The position numbers and the translations under genes are program-made. DNA of 64,000 bases from an uncultured Alphaproteobacteria bacterium (GTDB lineage: Bacteria; Pseudomonadota; Alphaproteobacteria; HIMB59; GCA-002718135), in assembly GCA_902635455.1 (NCBI GenBank), contig CACPNW010000003.1:12295-76294 (forward strand). Direction: 5' to 3'. Positions 46,685-60,330 of this stretch are shown here, one piece after another (within the stretch, counting starts at the first letter, position 1; every line of letters begins with the position of its first letter). Below the pieces are notes generated by a model, which saw only the letters and a list, made by a program, of their open reading frames with translations, did no database searches and had not been told where the DNA came from.

Positions 46685-48470
46685 ATCATATGAAATTATT
46701 GATCATCATTATGATGTTTTGGTAATTGGTGCTGGAGGCTCAGGTCTTAGAGCTACATTAGGAGTAGCAGAGTCTGGTTACAAGACAGCTTGTATATCTA
46801 AAGTTTTTCCAACCAGAAGTCATACAGTTGCAGCACAAGGTGGGATAGGTGCGGCTTTAGGTAATATGGGAGAAGATGATTGGAGATGGCATATGTATGA
46901 TACTGTTAAAGGTTCAGATTGGCTTGGGGATCAGGACGCGATAGAATATTTATGTTCTAATGCTCCAGAGGCTGTGATTGAACTTGAAGAATATGGAATG
47001 CCATTTAGTCGAACTAAAGATGGTAAAATATATCAAAGACCATTTGGCGGTCATTTAACAAATAATGGTGAAGGGGCTCCTGCAATGAGAGCCTGTGCTG
47101 CTGCGGATAGAACAGGTCATGCCCTTCTTCACACATTGTACCAACAAGCTTTAAAAAATAATGTTGAATTTTATATAGAGTATTTTGTCCTTGATCTTCT
47201 TAAGGATGAAAAGAATAAATGTTGTGGAGTAATTGCTTGGTGCTTAGAAACAGGAACTATACATCGATTTTTTTCTCACCAAACTGTATTAGCTACTGGT
47301 GGTTATGGCAGAGCATATTTTTCTTCAACTAGTGCGCATATATGTACAGGAGATGGGAGTGCCATGGCTCTTCGTCAAGATTTACCCTTGTCTGATATGG
47401 AGTTTATACAATTTCATCCCACAGGCATATATGGTGCTGGCGTATTAATTACTGAGGGAGCCAGAGGAGAAGGCGGATATTTAACAAATTCTGATGGAGA
47501 GCGTTTTATGGAAAGATACGCCCCTAACGCTAAAGATTTAGCATCAAGAGATGTAGTTAGTAGAGCAATGACTATTGAAATTAATGAAAGTAGGGGTTGT
47601 GGTGAAAAAGCTGATCATGTTCTTCTTCATTTAGAACATATTGATTCTGATACAATTAATAAAAGATTACCAGGTATTGTTGAAACAGCAAAAATTTTTG
47701 CAGGGGTTGATTTGACAAAAGACCCAATACCAGTTTTACCAACTGTACATTATAATATGGGGGGTATACCAACAAATTATAGAACAGAAGTACTTAACCC
47801 AACTAAAGAAAATAAAAACAACATTTGTGAAGGCTTACTAGCTGTAGGAGAAGCAGCGTGTGTATCTGTACATGGTGCTAATCGTTTAGGAACAAACTCA
47901 TTAATAGACCTCTTAGTGTTTGGTAAAGCTGCTAGCATTACTGTAAAGGACAAAATTACACCTAATCAAAAAAAACTAAATACCAGCTCTTCAAATACTG
48001 ATGAAATTATTGATCGATTTGATAATATTCGAAATAGCAAGGGCGATATAAGTACAGGCGAACTTAGACAAAGAATGCAAGAAATTATGCAAAAAAAATG
48101 TTCTGTTTTCAGAAATCATAAATTAATATCAGAGGGAATCGAAGATTTTGAAACTTTGCAAGCATCTTCAAATAATATAAATATAAAAGACAAATCTTTA
48201 ATATTTAATACTGATTTAACAGAAACTTTAGAATTTCATAATTTAATGGCACAATCGAAAGTTACTTTATATTCTGCACTTAATAGAAAGGAATCTAGAG
48301 GTGCACATGCAAGAGAAGATTACAAAGATAGAGACGACCAGAATTGGCTTGCACATTCTATGGTATGGTTATCTGATATTGGAGAAGTAAAAATTGATAC
48401 AAGACCAGTTAACTTAAATACGTTAACAAATCATATTCAGCCAATTCCTCCACAAAAAAGAGTATACTGA
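46677..48470 (+). CDS. sdhA: Succinate dehydrogenase flavoprotein
   Basis: [36 protein letters not shown]. Confidence 0.98.
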   Translation: MSKSYEIIDHHYDVLVIGAGGSGLRATLGVAESGYKTACISKVFPTRSHTVAAQGGIGAALGNMGEDDWRWHMYDTVKGSDWLGDQDAIEYLCSNAPEAVIELEEYGMPFSRTKDGKIYQRPFGGHLTNNGEGAPAMRACAAADRTGHALLHTLYQQALKNNVEFYIEYFVLDLLKDEKNKCCGVIAWCLETGTIHRFFSHQTVLATGGYGRAYFSSTSAHICTGDGSAMALRQDLPLSDMEFIQFHPTGIYGAGVLITEGARGEGGYLTNSDGERFMERYAPNAKDLASRDVVSRAMTIEINESRGCGEKADHVLLHLEHIDSDTINKRLPGIVETAKIFAGVDLTKDPIPVLPTVHYNMGGIPTNYRTEVLNPTKENKNNICEGLLAVGEAACVSVHGANRLGTNSLIDLLVFGKAASITVKDKITPNQKKLNTSSSNTDEIIDRFDNIRNSKGDISTGELRQRMQEIMQKKCSVFRNHKLISEGIEDFETLQASSNNINIKDKSLIFNTDLTETLEFHNLMAQSKVTLYSALNRKESRGAHAREDYKDRDDQNWLAHSMVWLSDIGEVKIDTRPVNLNTLTNHIQPIPPQKRVY

Positions 48471-48471
48471 T

Positions 48472-49266
48472 ATGGTTCAATTTACTCTTCCTAAAAATTC
48501 AAAAATAAACAAAGGACTAGTTTACAAAAAAAAACATAATAATCACATTTCTATAAATTTAAAAGTTTATCGCTGGGATCCAGAAGAAAATAACAATCCA
48601 AGAATTGACTCTTATGAAATAGATAAATCTAGTTGTGGCCCTATGGTTTTAGATGCTTTGATTAAAATAAAAAATGAAATTGATTCTACACTAACCTTTA
48701 GACGATCATGCCGAGAAGGTGTTTGTGGTTCTTGTGCAATGAATATTGATGGTGTTAATACCCTTGCTTGTATTAAGCCAATTAGTGAAGTTAAAGGTGA
48801 TATAAAAGTTTACCCGTTACCCCATATGAAAGTAATAAAAGATTTAGTTCCTGATTTATCGAAAGCATACAAACAACTTGCTTCTATTAAACCTTGGATA
48901 CAAAGAAAAAATAAAGATAAAAATAAATCTATAAGCTCAAAACAATTAATGAATCAATCTCCTCAAGAAAGAGAAAAACTTGAAGGTAAATGGGAGTGTG
49001 TTCTTTGTTTTTGTTGTACCACTGCTTGCCCCAGTTATTGGTGGAATAGCGATGAATATTTAGGTCCTGCTGTTTTGCTGCAAGCGGCTAGATGGGTTAA
49101 TGACTCTAGGGACACCGAAAGAAAAAATAGATTATCTGAATTAAATGATTCTTTAAAACTATATCGATGCCATTCAATTATGAATTGTACTCGTTCTTGT
49201 CCTAAAGGATTAAACCCAGCAAAAGAAATAGCAGATTTGAAGAAGGCTATTGTTACAGAATTATAA
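48472..49266 (+). CDS. sdhB: Succinate dehydrogenase iron-sulfur subunit
   Basis: [36 protein letters not shown]. Confidence 0.98.
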   Translation: MVQFTLPKNSKINKGLVYKKKHNNHISINLKVYRWDPEENNNPRIDSYEIDKSSCGPMVLDALIKIKNEIDSTLTFRRSCREGVCGSCAMNIDGVNTLACIKPISEVKGDIKVYPLPHMKVIKDLVPDLSKAYKQLASIKPWIQRKNKDKNKSISSKQLMNQSPQEREKLEGKWECVLCFCCTTACPSYWWNSDEYLGPAVLLQAARWVNDSRDTERKNRLSELNDSLKLYRCHSIMNCTRSCPKGLNPAKEIADLKKAIVTEL

Positions 49267-49284
49267 TTCTTATATAGAACTTAA

Positions 49285-50235
<951 letters not shown>

Positions 50236-50237
50236 AG

Positions 50238-51425
50238 ATGAATCTTCACGAATATCAGGCTAAAGAACTCCTGAGAAAATTTGATTTACCAATTCCTTCA
50301 GGAAAATTTTTTCAAAATAATTTGAAAGATATAGATCTAGGTGTAGATTTTTTAAAAGGACCTCCATGGGTTGTTAAATCTCAAATACATGCAGGGGGGC
50401 GAGGAGCTGGTTATTTTGCATCTTCAGTAAATAACAAAGGTGGTGTTCAAATTGCTTATACAAAAGATGAGGTTAAATATTTAACAAACGCTATGCTAAA
50501 TAATAATTTAATAACTAAACAAACAGGCGAGAAAGGCAAGAAGGTTTCTAGAATATATGTTGAGGAAATTTGCGATATTCATAGAGAGTATTATCTTAGT
50601 TTTTTAATTGATCGTAAAACATCTCAACTAATGTTAATGATTTCTGCATCTGGAGGAATAGATATAGAAAGTGTAGCAGAAAAAAATCCAGAAAAAATTC
50701 ATAAAATATTTTTTTCAGATTTTGATTCTTTTGATATTCCAAATGAATTAGAAAAATTACTTAACTTTAATCAAAATCAATTTTGTCAATTTAAAATAAT
50801 TATAGAGAAATTAGGCAGAGCCTTTATTTCATTGGATGCTTCAACTATTGAAATTAATCCACTGGTTATTAATAAATCAGGCAATTTATTACTTCTAGAT
50901 GCTAAGATAGCTTTGGATGATAACGCTTTGTTTCGTCATCCTGAATATTTGCAATTAAGAGATACAAGTGAAGAAAATGAAATGGAATTAGAGGCAAGTA
51001 AGAATGATATGAATTATATTAAATTAGATGGCGAAATTGGATGCATGGTAAATGGTGCTGGATTAGCAATGGCGACTATGGATATTGTAAAACAGTTTGG
51101 CAAAGAGCCAGCTAACTTTTTGGATTTAGGTGGTACAGCTAATAAAGAAAGAACAACAAAAGGTTTTAAAATTATACAATCTGACCCAAATGTTAAATCT
51201 GTTCTTATAAATATTTTTGGTGGAATTATTCATTGTGACATGATTGCAAACGGCATCATAGATGCAATAAAAGAATTAAACTATAAATTACCAGTAGTAG
51301 TAAGATTCCAAGGCACGAATGCATCTGAAGGAAAAAATATTATCAATAAATCTTCACTTGGATTGGTTTCAATAGATGATTTAACAGAAGCTGCAAAAAA
51401 AGTAGTTGATTTAGCAAGTAAATGA
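50238..51425 (+). CDS. sucC: Succinyl-CoA synthetase beta subunit
   Basis: [36 protein letters not shown]. Confidence 0.96.
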   Translation: MNLHEYQAKELLRKFDLPIPSGKFFQNNLKDIDLGVDFLKGPPWVVKSQIHAGGRGAGYFASSVNNKGGVQIAYTKDEVKYLTNAMLNNNLITKQTGEKGKKVSRIYVEEICDIHREYYLSFLIDRKTSQLMLMISASGGIDIESVAEKNPEKIHKIFFSDFDSFDIPNELEKLLNFNQNQFCQFKIIIEKLGRAFISLDASTIEINPLVINKSGNLLLLDAKIALDDNALFRHPEYLQLRDTSEENEMELEASKNDMNYIKLDGEIGCMVNGAGLAMATMDIVKQFGKEPANFLDLGGTANKERTTKGFKIIQSDPNVKSVLINIFGGIIHCDMIANGIIDAIKELNYKLPVVVRFQGTNASEGKNIINKSSLGLVSIDDLTEAAKKVVDLASK

Positions 51426-52312
51426 GTATTATTGTTAACAAAACTACTAAAGTTATCTGTCAAGGTTTTACCGGATCTCAAGGAACTTTTCATTCGCAGC
51501 AAGCCATAATTTATGGAACAAATATGGTTGGAGGTGTAACTCCTGGCAAGGGTGGAGCTAAACATTTAGATCTTCCAGTTTATAATACAGTTCAAGAAGC
51601 CGTCACAAAAACTAATGCTAATGCAACAGTAATTTATGTGCCTGCAAAATATGCAACTAAAGCAATTCATGAAGCACTAGATGCGAGAATTGAAACAATT
51701 GTATGTATTACAGAAGGAATTCCAGTCTTGGATATGGTTGAAATTAAAAAAAGAATTGTTAATCAAAAAACAAAATTCATAGGCCCTAACTGCCCAGGTA
51801 TTGTAACACCGGATGAGTGTAAAATTGGTATTATGCCAGGATTTATTCATCAAAAGGGCAAAATAGGCATAGTAAGTCGCTCTGGAACTCTTACTTATGA
51901 AGCAGTTTGGCAAACATCTCAAGTTGGATTAGGTCAAACAACTTGCGTTGGAATTGGTGGCGATCCTGTACATGGAATGAATTTCATAGATTGTATTGAT
52001 TTATTTTTAAAAGATAATGAAACAAAAGGTATTTTAATGATTGGTGAGATAGGTGGAACAGCTGAAGAAGATGCCGCAGAATTTATAAATTCCTCAAAAA
52101 TAAAAAAACCAATTTGTGCTTTTATAGCAGGCAAATCTGCACCTAAAGGAAAACGAATGGGTCATGCCGGAGCTATTATTTCGGGTAACAAAGGCACCGC
52201 TCAATCCAAAATACTTGCTTTAGAAAAAGCTAATGTACTTATAGCTCCATCACCAGCCTTATTAGGTGAAACAATGTTAAAAGCAATGCAAAATACACAT
52301 AATAAGGTTTAA
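51422..52312 (+). CDS. sucD: Succinyl-CoA synthetase alpha subunit
   Basis: [31 protein letters not shown]. Confidence 0.97.
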   Translation: MSIIVNKTTKVICQGFTGSQGTFHSQQAIIYGTNMVGGVTPGKGGAKHLDLPVYNTVQEAVTKTNANATVIYVPAKYATKAIHEALDARIETIVCITEGIPVLDMVEIKKRIVNQKTKFIGPNCPGIVTPDECKIGIMPGFIHQKGKIGIVSRSGTLTYEAVWQTSQVGLGQTTCVGIGGDPVHGMNFIDCIDLFLKDNETKGILMIGEIGGTAEEDAAEFINSSKIKKPICAFIAGKSAPKGKRMGHAGAIISGNKGTAQSKILALEKANVLIAPSPALLGETMLKAMQNTHNKV

Positions 52313-52360
52313 TAAATATGAGGATTATATTTAATTTAGTAGTATATAACTTTTTATACA

Positions 52361-55261
52361 ATGAACGATAATTTTTTAAATAGTGCAAACGCTCCTTATG
52401 TAGCTGAATTATATTTTAAATTTAAAAAAACACCTTCAAGCGTAGATGAAAGTTGGTTAAATTTTTTTCATTCTTTAAATGATGATGAGATTTCAATCCT
52501 TAAGGATTTTGGTGGACCACAATGGAAAAAAAGACCATCAAATATTATAGATAATATTTCTTATGATGAAATTGTTTACAAAACGCCAAATATCGAATCT
52601 GATTCTTTTAAAGTAGATACTTTAAATTCAATAAGAGCGCTAAGATTGATTAGAGCATTCCGAATAAATGGACACTTAATAGCTAGTCTTGATCCCTTAG
52701 CTATTGCAAAAAAAGATTATCATCCAGAATTAGATTACAAAAATTATGGATTTACTGAAAATGATCTAAATAAAGAAATTTTTATTGATGGTAGTTTAGG
52801 TTTAGAAAAATCTTCATTAAAAAATATTATTAAAATATTAAAAGAAACTTATTCTTCTTCGATTGGAGTGGAGTTTTTGCATATGCAACAACCTGAACAA
52901 AAACAATGGGTCCAAGAGCGTATAGAAGAGGTTCACAATAAAACTAACTTTACTGATAATGGTAAAAGAGCTATTTATAAAAGACTTCTTGAATCAGAAC
53001 TTTTTGAACAATATTTAGATAAAAAATTCTTAGGAACTAAGCGTTATGGAATTGAGGGTGGCGAGTCAACAATTCCAGGTATAGAACAAATATTTAAACA
53101 AGCATGCATAGATGGTATTGAGGATATTATAATTGGAACTGCACATCGAGGTAGGCTAACATTATTAGCAACTGTTTTGGGCATGCCTTACAAAAGTATT
53201 ATTTCAAAATTTCAAGGCTCAACAGATGACCCAAATGAATTTTTAGGTTCAGGTGATGTCAAATATCATTTAGGTGTTTCTTCTGATAGAGAATTTGAAG
53301 GAAAAAAAATTCATATTTCACTAACTCCTAATCCTTCGCATCTTGAGGCTGTAAATCCAGTTGTTATTGGAAAAGTTAGAGCTAAGCAAACACAATTAAA
53401 AGACAAAACAACTGATAAAGTTATTGGGCTTTTAATACATGGTGACGCAGCAATTGCTGGGCAAGGAATTGTTGCAGAGACTTTTGCGATGTCTCAATTA
53501 AGAGGTTTTAGAACAGGTGGCACAATACATTTTGTTATCAACAATCAAATAGGTTTCACGACAATGCCTCAATACGGTCGATCTGCACCTTACTGTACTG
53601 AAATTGCAAAAATGGTTCAAGCACCTATTTTCCATGTTAACGGCGATGATCCTGAAGCAGTTGTTCATGTCTGTAGACTTGCAACAGAGTTTAGAAATAA
53701 ATTTAAAGAAGATGTAGTTGTTGATATGTTTTGTTACAGAAGATCAGGTCACAACGAAGCAGACGAACCTTCATTCACACAACCACTAATGTATCAAGCT
53801 ATTAAAAAACATATAACAACTCGTAAAATATACGAGAAAAAAATTATTAATGAAAAAATAATTAGTATTGAAGAAGTAAATAATATTTCTAACAATTTTA
53901 AAGAATTTTTAGATAGTGAGTCTAATTTGAGCAAATCTTATAAAACAAACAAAGTTGATTGGCTTGAAGGAAATTGGAGCGGATTATCGACTGCAAGTTT
54001 TGATGCTAGAAAAGGTAAAACATCTGTAGTAGAAAAAAATTTATTAAAGATAGCAGAAAAAATTCACAAAATACCAAGTAGTTTTAATGTACATAAAAAA
54101 ATAAATAAAATTTATTCAGATAGGCTTAATTCAATTAATAATAATCAATTGATTGATTGGGCCACAGCTGAATCATTGGCTTTTGCTACTCTTCTTGATG
54201 AAGGGTATGGAGTTAGACTATCTGGTCAAGACGTGGGAAGAGGAACCTTTAGTCATCGTCATGCAGTTTTATATGATCAAGTTAATGAAAAAAGATTTGT
54301 GCCTCTTAGACATTTTCAAGAAAAGCAAGGATATTTTGAAATTGTAGATAGTTTTTTATCGGAACTTGGTGTGCTAGGTTTTGAGTATGGTTATTCACAA
54401 GCTGATCCAAAAACATTAGTAATATGGGAGGCTCAATTTGGAGATTTTGCAAATGGAGCACAGGTTATGATTGATCAATTCATTACAAGTGGTGAAAGAA
54501 AATGGTTACGTATGTCTGGAATAACACTTTTGTTACCTCATGGACATGAAGGACAAGGTCCTGAGCACACAAGTGCAAGGATTGAAAGATTTTTGCAAAT
54601 GTGTGCGGAAGATAATATTCAAGTTGTTAATTGTACCAGTCCAGCAAATTACTTCCATGTATTGCGTCGTCAATTACATCGTAATTTTAGAAAACCACTT
54701 GTTATACTAACTCCAAAGTCTACACTTCGTCATAAAAAAAATGTATCACCTGTTTCTCATTTTATAAATGGCTCCAGTTTTCATCGTATTTTAACTGAAA
54801 AATTATCTATAGAAGAAAAAAAATCAAAAAAAAGATTAATAATTTGTACAGGTAAAATTTATTTTGAATTAATAGAACAAATTGAAGAACTTAAATTGGA
54901 AGCAATATCAATAATTAGATTAGAACAAATTTATCCGTTTCCATACGAGAATTTCAAAGAAGAATTACAAAATTTTCAAAATGCTGAAATAATATGGTGC
55001 CAGGAAGAGCCAAAAAACATGGGTGCCTGGGGTTTTGTAAGAAGTCGTATAAAAAATGTTATGAATGATGCAGCAATAAAACAAAGTGAAATATATTATG
55101 TTGGAAGGAGCCCTTCTGCTCCTCCAGCTACAGGAATATCAGATAGACATCAAATAAATCAAAAAAGCATATTAAGACTAGCTTTAGAAGCTAATATAAA
55201 GGAAATTAGTGAAGCATGGGCTGGAGTATCACAAATAAGGGGCAAACTCCCAATTGAATAA
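52361..55261 (+). CDS. sucA: 2-oxoglutarate dehydrogenase E1
   Basis: GDVKYHLG, NPSHLE, HGDAA, GHNEADEP, WEAQFGDFANGAQ, GQGPEH. Confidence 0.97.
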   Translation: MNDNFLNSANAPYVAELYFKFKKTPSSVDESWLNFFHSLNDDEISILKDFGGPQWKKRPSNIIDNISYDEIVYKTPNIESDSFKVDTLNSIRALRLIRAFRINGHLIASLDPLAIAKKDYHPELDYKNYGFTENDLNKEIFIDGSLGLEKSSLKNIIKILKETYSSSIGVEFLHMQQPEQKQWVQERIEEVHNKTNFTDNGKRAIYKRLLESELFEQYLDKKFLGTKRYGIEGGESTIPGIEQIFKQACIDGIEDIIIGTAHRGRLTLLATVLGMPYKSIISKFQGSTDDPNEFLGSGDVKYHLGVSSDREFEGKKIHISLTPNPSHLEAVNPVVIGKVRAKQTQLKDKTTDKVIGLLIHGDAAIAGQGIVAETFAMSQLRGFRTGGTIHFVINNQIGFTTMPQYGRSAPYCTEIAKMVQAPIFHVNGDDPEAVVHVCRLATEFRNKFKEDVVVDMFCYRRSGHNEADEPSFTQPLMYQAIKKHITTRKIYEKKIINEKIISIEEVNNISNNFKEFLDSESNLSKSYKTNKVDWLEGNWSGLSTASFDARKGKTSVVEKNLLKIAEKIHKIPSSFNVHKKINKIYSDRLNSINNNQLIDWATAESLAFATLLDEGYGVRLSGQDVGRGTFSHRHAVLYDQVNEKRFVPLRHFQEKQGYFEIVDSFLSELGVLGFEYGYSQADPKTLVIWEAQFGDFANGAQVMIDQFITSGERKWLRMSGITLLLPHGHEGQGPEHTSARIERFLQMCAEDNIQVVNCTSPANYFHVLRRQLHRNFRKPLVILTPKSTLRHKKNVSPVSHFINGSSFHRILTEKLSIEEKKSKKRLIICTGKIYFELIEQIEELKLEAISIIRLEQIYPFPYENFKEELQNFQNAEIIWCQEEPKNMGAWGFVRSRIKNVMNDAAIKQSEIYYVGRSPSAPPATGISDRHQINQKSILRLALEANIKEISEAWAGVSQIRGKLPIE

Positions 55262-55290
55262 ATATCTTTAAATGTTATTAAGTTAGAAAA

Positions 55291-56493
55291 ATGTCAGTTG
55301 AAATAATTGTTCCAACGCTAGGCGAGTCTATTACAGAAGCAACTGTTTCTAAATGGATCAAAAATATTGGTGATGAGTTTGATGTTGACGAGCCATTGGT
55401 TGAAATTGAAACAGATAAAATTACTGTGGAAGTATCTGCACCACAAGCAGGAGCACTAAAAGAGATAAATGTTAAAGCAGGAGAAAACATAAAAATAGGT
55501 GGGGTCTTAGGAATTATTAATGATACTATAAAAGTTAATAAAACATCCAATCAAACTTCTTCAAAACAAAATAATAAAAAAGATCAAAGTTTAAAAAAAG
55601 AAAACGTAAGTACAAAAATTAAAAATATAGACTCAGAAGATCAAAAGTTATCTCCAGCAGTACGTAAAATGGTGAAGGAAAATAATTTAGAATTATCAAA
55701 TATAAAACCCTCTAGAGAAGATGGGCGCATTACAAAAGAAGATATAGTTAAACACTTAGCTCAGCCAAAAGAAACAATAAAACAAAATACTTTACAAAGA
55801 GAAGAGATTGTTAAAATGTCAAAAATACGCCAAACAATTGCTACTCGTTTAAAGGAAGCTCAAAATATAGCTGCGATATTAACAACTTTTAATGAAGTTG
55901 ATATGACATCAATTATTGAAACTAGAGAAGCTAAGCAAAATGATTTTAAAGAAAGATATGGAGTTAAACTTGGATTTATGTCTTTTTTTGTAAAAGCAGT
56001 AGTAGTTAGTTTACAAGAATTTCCTGCTGTTAATGCAGAAATTAGAGATCATGATATAATTTACAAAAATCATTTTGATATAGGTATTGCAGTTGGTACT
56101 GAAAAGGGACTTGTAGTTCCTGTTTTGAAAAATGCAGATCAAATGAGTTTTGGTGAAATCGAAACACAGATAGTGACATTAAGTTCTAAAGCTAAAGAAG
56201 GCAGTTTGACAATGGATGATTTGACGGGGGGAACTTTTACAATTTCTAATGGTGGTGTTTATGGATCGATGCTGAGCACCCCTATTATTAATAGACCACA
56301 ATCTGGGATTTTAGGAATGCATAATATAAAAAAAAGAGCAGTAGTGATTAATGATGAAATAGTGGCCAGACCAATGATGTATCTTGCCTTAAGTTATGAT
56401 CATCGTATTATTGATGGAAAAGAAAGTGTAAACTTTTTAGTGTTAGTCAAAGAATTACTAGAAAATCCATCTAAACTAGTTTTGGGTTTTTAG
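55291..56493 (+). CDS. sucB: Dihydrolipoamide succinyltransferase E2
   Basis: ETDK lipoyl site, [24 protein letters not shown]. Confidence 0.97.
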   Translation: MSVEIIVPTLGESITEATVSKWIKNIGDEFDVDEPLVEIETDKITVEVSAPQAGALKEINVKAGENIKIGGVLGIINDTIKVNKTSNQTSSKQNNKKDQSLKKENVSTKIKNIDSEDQKLSPAVRKMVKENNLELSNIKPSREDGRITKEDIVKHLAQPKETIKQNTLQREEIVKMSKIRQTIATRLKEAQNIAAILTTFNEVDMTSIIETREAKQNDFKERYGVKLGFMSFFVKAVVVSLQEFPAVNAEIRDHDIIYKNHFDIGIAVGTEKGLVVPVLKNADQMSFGEIETQIVTLSSKAKEGSLTMDDLTGGTFTISNGGVYGSMLSTPIINRPQSGILGMHNIKKRAVVINDEIVARPMMYLALSYDHRIIDGKESVNFLVLVKELLENPSKLVLGF

Positions 56494-57894
56494 ATGAAGG
56501 ATTATGACTTAATTGTTATAGGAACTGGTCCAGGTGGATATGTTGCAGCTATACGAGCTGCACAACTAGGAATGAAAGTTGCGTGTGTAGAAAAAGAAAC
56601 CTCCTTAGGCGGCACTTGTCTTAATATTGGATGCATCCCATCCAAAGCACTTTTAAGTTCATCAGAAAAATTTATTGAATTTAAAAATCATTCTAATGAA
56701 CATGGAATTTTAGCTGATAAAATTAATTTTGATATAAGTAAAATGATGCAGAGAAAAAATAAAATTGTAAAAAAACTAACAACAGGAATAGAGTTTCTTT
56801 TTAAAAAAAATAAAATAACACATATATCAGGACACGCATCCTTTGTTGATAATAGTACAATTAATGTTAAGGATGAAAAAGATGAGAGGAGATACTCTGC
56901 TTCAAATTTTATTATTGCAACTGGATCAAGCTCAATAAATATCCCTGCAATTTCTATTGATGAAAAAAATATTGTATCATCTACAGGTGCTCTATCTTTA
57001 GAGAAAATCCCAAGCACAATGTTAGTAATTGGAGGTGGATACATAGGCTTAGAAATGGGCTCAGTGTGGTCTCGGCTTGGTGCCAAGGTTACTGTTGTTG
57101 AAGCATTAGATCGTATTGTTCCAACAATGGATGGAGAGATAGCTGCTGAATTTATGAAGTCTTTACAAAAACAAGGAATGGAATTTAAATTATCCCATAA
57201 GGTTATTTCGGCAAAGTCATCATCAAAAAATATTGAAGTTACAATGGAAGCGATAAAAGATAAAAAACAAATAAAAGATAAATTTGATATAGTTTTAATG
57301 GCAATTGGTAGGAAACCTAATACTGAAAATTTAAATTTAGAAAAAATTGGTATTAAATTAGATGATCAAAAAGCAATTGTTATAGATAAAAAATTTAAAT
57401 CAAGTGTAGATAATATTTATGCTATAGGAGATGTAGTTCCAGGCCCCATGTTAGCGCATAAAGCAGAGGAAGAAGGTATTGCTTGTGTAGAAATAATTAA
57501 AGGACAGAAAACGCATGTTAATTATGAAAATATTCCAGCAATTGTTTATACTAATCCAGAAGTTGCATCTGTTGGCAAAACAGAAGAACAAATAAAAAAG
57601 TCAAATATTGAATATAAGGTTGGCAAGTTTCCTTTCATGGCAAACGGTAGAGCGCTTACTACATCAGCGTCTGAAGGTTTTGTTAAAATTTTAGTTGATA
57701 AAAAAACTGATTCTATCCTCGGCGCTCATATAATAGGTCATGATGCAGGTCAGTTAATTGCAGAAATTGTTACCACAATGGAATTTGGTGGTAGTGCTGA
57801 AGATATAGCTCGTATTTGTCATGCCCATCCAACAACAAGTGAGGCAGTAAAAGAAGCAGCCTTAAGTGTTGATGGAAGGGCAATTCATATTTAA
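56494..57894 (+). CDS. lpdA: Dihydrolipoamide dehydrogenase
   Basis: GPGGYVAAI, GGTCLNIGCIPSK, HAHPT. Confidence 0.97.
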   Translation: MKDYDLIVIGTGPGGYVAAIRAAQLGMKVACVEKETSLGGTCLNIGCIPSKALLSSSEKFIEFKNHSNEHGILADKINFDISKMMQRKNKIVKKLTTGIEFLFKKNKITHISGHASFVDNSTINVKDEKDERRYSASNFIIATGSSSINIPAISIDEKNIVSSTGALSLEKIPSTMLVIGGGYIGLEMGSVWSRLGAKVTVVEALDRIVPTMDGEIAAEFMKSLQKQGMEFKLSHKVISAKSSSKNIEVTMEAIKDKKQIKDKFDIVLMAIGRKPNTENLNLEKIGIKLDDQKAIVIDKKFKSSVDNIYAIGDVVPGPMLAHKAEEEGIACVEIIKGQKTHVNYENIPAIVYTNPEVASVGKTEEQIKKSNIEYKVGKFPFMANGRALTTSASEGFVKILVDKKTDSILGAHIIGHDAGQLIAEIVTTMEFGGSAEDIARICHAHPTTSEAVKEAALSVDGRAIHI

Positions 57895-57903
57895 CTAGTA
57901 ATC

Positions 57904-58866
57904 GTGTTCAAATATTTTTTAATTCTATTGTTTGTTGCAATTCCACTAAACTCTTATTCTAAAGAAAGTAAATTTGAAAAAAGATTACAAAAGGATATAA
58001 AAAAATTATCTAAAATTAGTGGCTTTATTGATAATAATTCAAAATCATATAGCGAAGAGGAAATATCTGATAGACAAAACACTATCGTCATCATTTGGAA
58101 TCATGGGCAAAGAGATGGACAGAAAAGAATTGAAAGATGTAAGAAAGGTATTAATGAACCAGAGGTAATTTCAAATTTACATAATAAAGAGATTAACGGT
58201 CTAAAAATAAAAATTTATCGCATGTGTTCTGGTGTAAGAGGTCTTAATCAACCTCAAATGGATAGAGCATGGAATTTGATTGATAAAGAAGGAAACCAAA
58301 ATGGTCTTCTTGAAATAGTTGATTATGATGGAATGAGATTATTTGATAAAATCAAACAACATCTTAGAAGACAAATTGTAATTGATAAAATTGATGAACT
58401 TAGAGAAAAAGGTTTTCCTAATATTATTATGGCAGGCCAATCTTGTGGAGGTTTTTTATCAATATTCTTAACAGCTCATTTTCCAGATAAAATCAAAGGA
58501 TCTATAGCTACAAATCCGGCTTGTTATGGAGAAAATGTTGCACCAAGAAATGTTGAGGGTGATAAATCAACATATTCAGCTTGGAAAGTTTTAAGAGATG
58601 ATTGGGAGCAAACTATATCACAATTTGCAGAAATTAATTCTCTTGCCTTTATTCATGATAAGGATCCATATGAAAATAGTGAGACTCTTTCATTTTTAAA
58701 TAAAATTAATAAATTTCAAATTGTCAACTATACTGATTTTGGTTGTAATAAAATGGCAGGAACAAGTTTTCATTCTGCTATAGTATATCCTAGAGAAGAT
58801 AATTGTTTTACTAAATGGGAAGCTAAGCATAATTATATAATTAATTATTTAGAAGAAATTTTTTAA
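57904..58866 (+). CDS. Secreted alpha/beta hydrolase-fold protein
   Basis: Signal peptide, WNHG, GQSCGG nucleophile elbow, DPY and FHS as candidate Asp/His. Confidence 0.7.
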   Translation: MFKYFLILLFVAIPLNSYSKESKFEKRLQKDIKKLSKISGFIDNNSKSYSEEEISDRQNTIVIIWNHGQRDGQKRIERCKKGINEPEVISNLHNKEINGLKIKIYRMCSGVRGLNQPQMDRAWNLIDKEGNQNGLLEIVDYDGMRLFDKIKQHLRRQIVIDKIDELREKGFPNIIMAGQSCGGFLSIFLTAHFPDKIKGSIATNPACYGENVAPRNVEGDKSTYSAWKVLRDDWEQTISQFAEINSLAFIHDKDPYENSETLSFLNKINKFQIVNYTDFGCNKMAGTSFHSAIVYPREDNCFTKWEAKHNYIINYLEEIF

Positions 58867-58948
58867 ATTAATTTTTTTTACATTTTAAGATATTTTGCTC
58901 AGCAAATGCTTTCAAATTAAAAAATAATAAAAATACTACTATACTGAT

Positions 58949-59599
58949 TCAAAAATTATTTATTTTAATTTCAATTATTTTAGTCAAATATTCAATCAAA
59001 TCAACTTGTTGGTCTGGTGTAAATTTTGAGGATAAGTTAGATCCCATTGCTATAATTAAATTACTTTGATTTATTTCAGCTTTAAGCAAAATATATGATT
59101 TTATAGTACGTGATTGATTAGGAAAAAAAATCATAATCCCTTTAGGATTTTGATTAAGATATGTTTTTTTGCCATCTCTAAAATAACTATTGGCAATTCT
59201 GTTGTCTATTAATGAACTATTTATTGTTAATTTATCTTTATTTGTAAAAAAACAGTTTACACTTTTACATCCAAGAATATTCTTTAAATCTAACACAATA
59301 ACATCAATAAGTTTTACGAGTGTTTTTGTATTTAGAATTCGAATCGAAGATTTTAAAATTCTTTTTTGGGAAAGGATATGGCTTTTGCCAGCTAATAAAA
59401 TTTCAGTTATTTGATTTTGTAAATCAATATTTTCTCTTGAAATCTTTTTATATCTATAAGCTTCTAAATCTATAACCTTATCATTACTTTTATCTTTTAA
59501 GGGAAAGTTTAGTTGCTTGGCTAAATCTGGATATTTAACAAAGAAATTTTTATTTTTTTTTAAATATTTTATTAAATACTCTTCATCATTTTTTGACAT
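58949..59599 (-). CDS. DUF484 family protein
   Basis: YL.KN..FF.KYP.L, VIDL and the C-terminal GS...F...Q..DL..YL pattern; follows fsa; ATG at 59599. Confidence 0.7.
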   Translation of the reverse strand: MSKNDEEYLIKYLKKNKNFFVKYPDLAKQLNFPLKDKSNDKVIDLEAYRYKKISRENIDLQNQITEILLAGKSHILSQKRILKSSIRILNTKTLVKLIDVIVLDLKNILGCKSVNCFFTNKDKLTINSSLIDNRIANSYFRDGKKTYLNQNPKGIMIFFPNQSRTIKSYILLKAEINQSNLIIAMGSNLSSKFTPDQQVDLIEYLTKIIEIKINNF

Positions 59600-59600
59600 T

Positions 59601-60260
59601 TTATTTTGGTAAAATCGATTGGCCTGTCTTAGACCAATCATCTAAAAATGCTTTTAAACCTTTGTCAGTTAGAGGATGATTATATAATTCGTGAATAACT
59701 TTTGGTGGAAGTGTTGCAACATCAGCTCCCATTAAGGAGGATTCAATTAAATGTTCTACAGATCTGACTGAAGCAACCAAAACCTCAGTTTTAAAATTAT
59801 AATTTTTATACATAACAACTATATTTTTAATTAAGTCAGTACCTTTTTCCCCTATATCATCAAGACGACCAACAAATGGAGATATAAAAGTAGCCCCAGC
59901 TTTTGCTGCTAGAAGGGCTTGAGCTTCAGAAAAACAAAGGGTAACATTAACCATAATATTTTTCTCTCTCAATGCTTTACAGGCTTTTAAACCATTAAAA
60001 GTCAAGGGAACTTTCACAGCAACGTTTTTTGCAAAAGAAGCAAGATATTCACCCTCTTTTAGCATAGTTTCATAATCTGTTGCTGTAACTTCGGCACTAA
60101 CTGGACCAGACACTATTGAACAAATTGATTTAATTGTTTTAGCCATGTCATCACCATTTTTAGCAATTAAAGATGGATTAGTTGTCACTCCATCCACAAA
60201 ACCTGTAGGTATTAATTCCTCTATTTCTTCAATATTAGCTGTATCAAGAAAAAATTTCAT
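59601..60260 (-). CDS. fsa: Transaldolase / fructose-6-phosphate aldolase
   Basis: [43 protein letters not shown]. Confidence 0.94.
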   Translation of the reverse strand: MKFFLDTANIEEIEELIPTGFVDGVTTNPSLIAKNGDDMAKTIKSICSIVSGPVSAEVTATDYETMLKEGEYLASFAKNVAVKVPLTFNGLKACKALREKNIMVNVTLCFSEAQALLAAKAGATFISPFVGRLDDIGEKGTDLIKNIVVMYKNYNFKTEVLVASVRSVEHLIESSLMGADVATLPPKVIHELYNHPLTDKGLKAFLDDWSKTGQSILPK

Positions 60261-60330
60261 TGATTACTGTATAGCATATAAGTGGTATTAAAAAAAATAA
60301 GATTATTAGAATTTTGATTATATAATTTAG

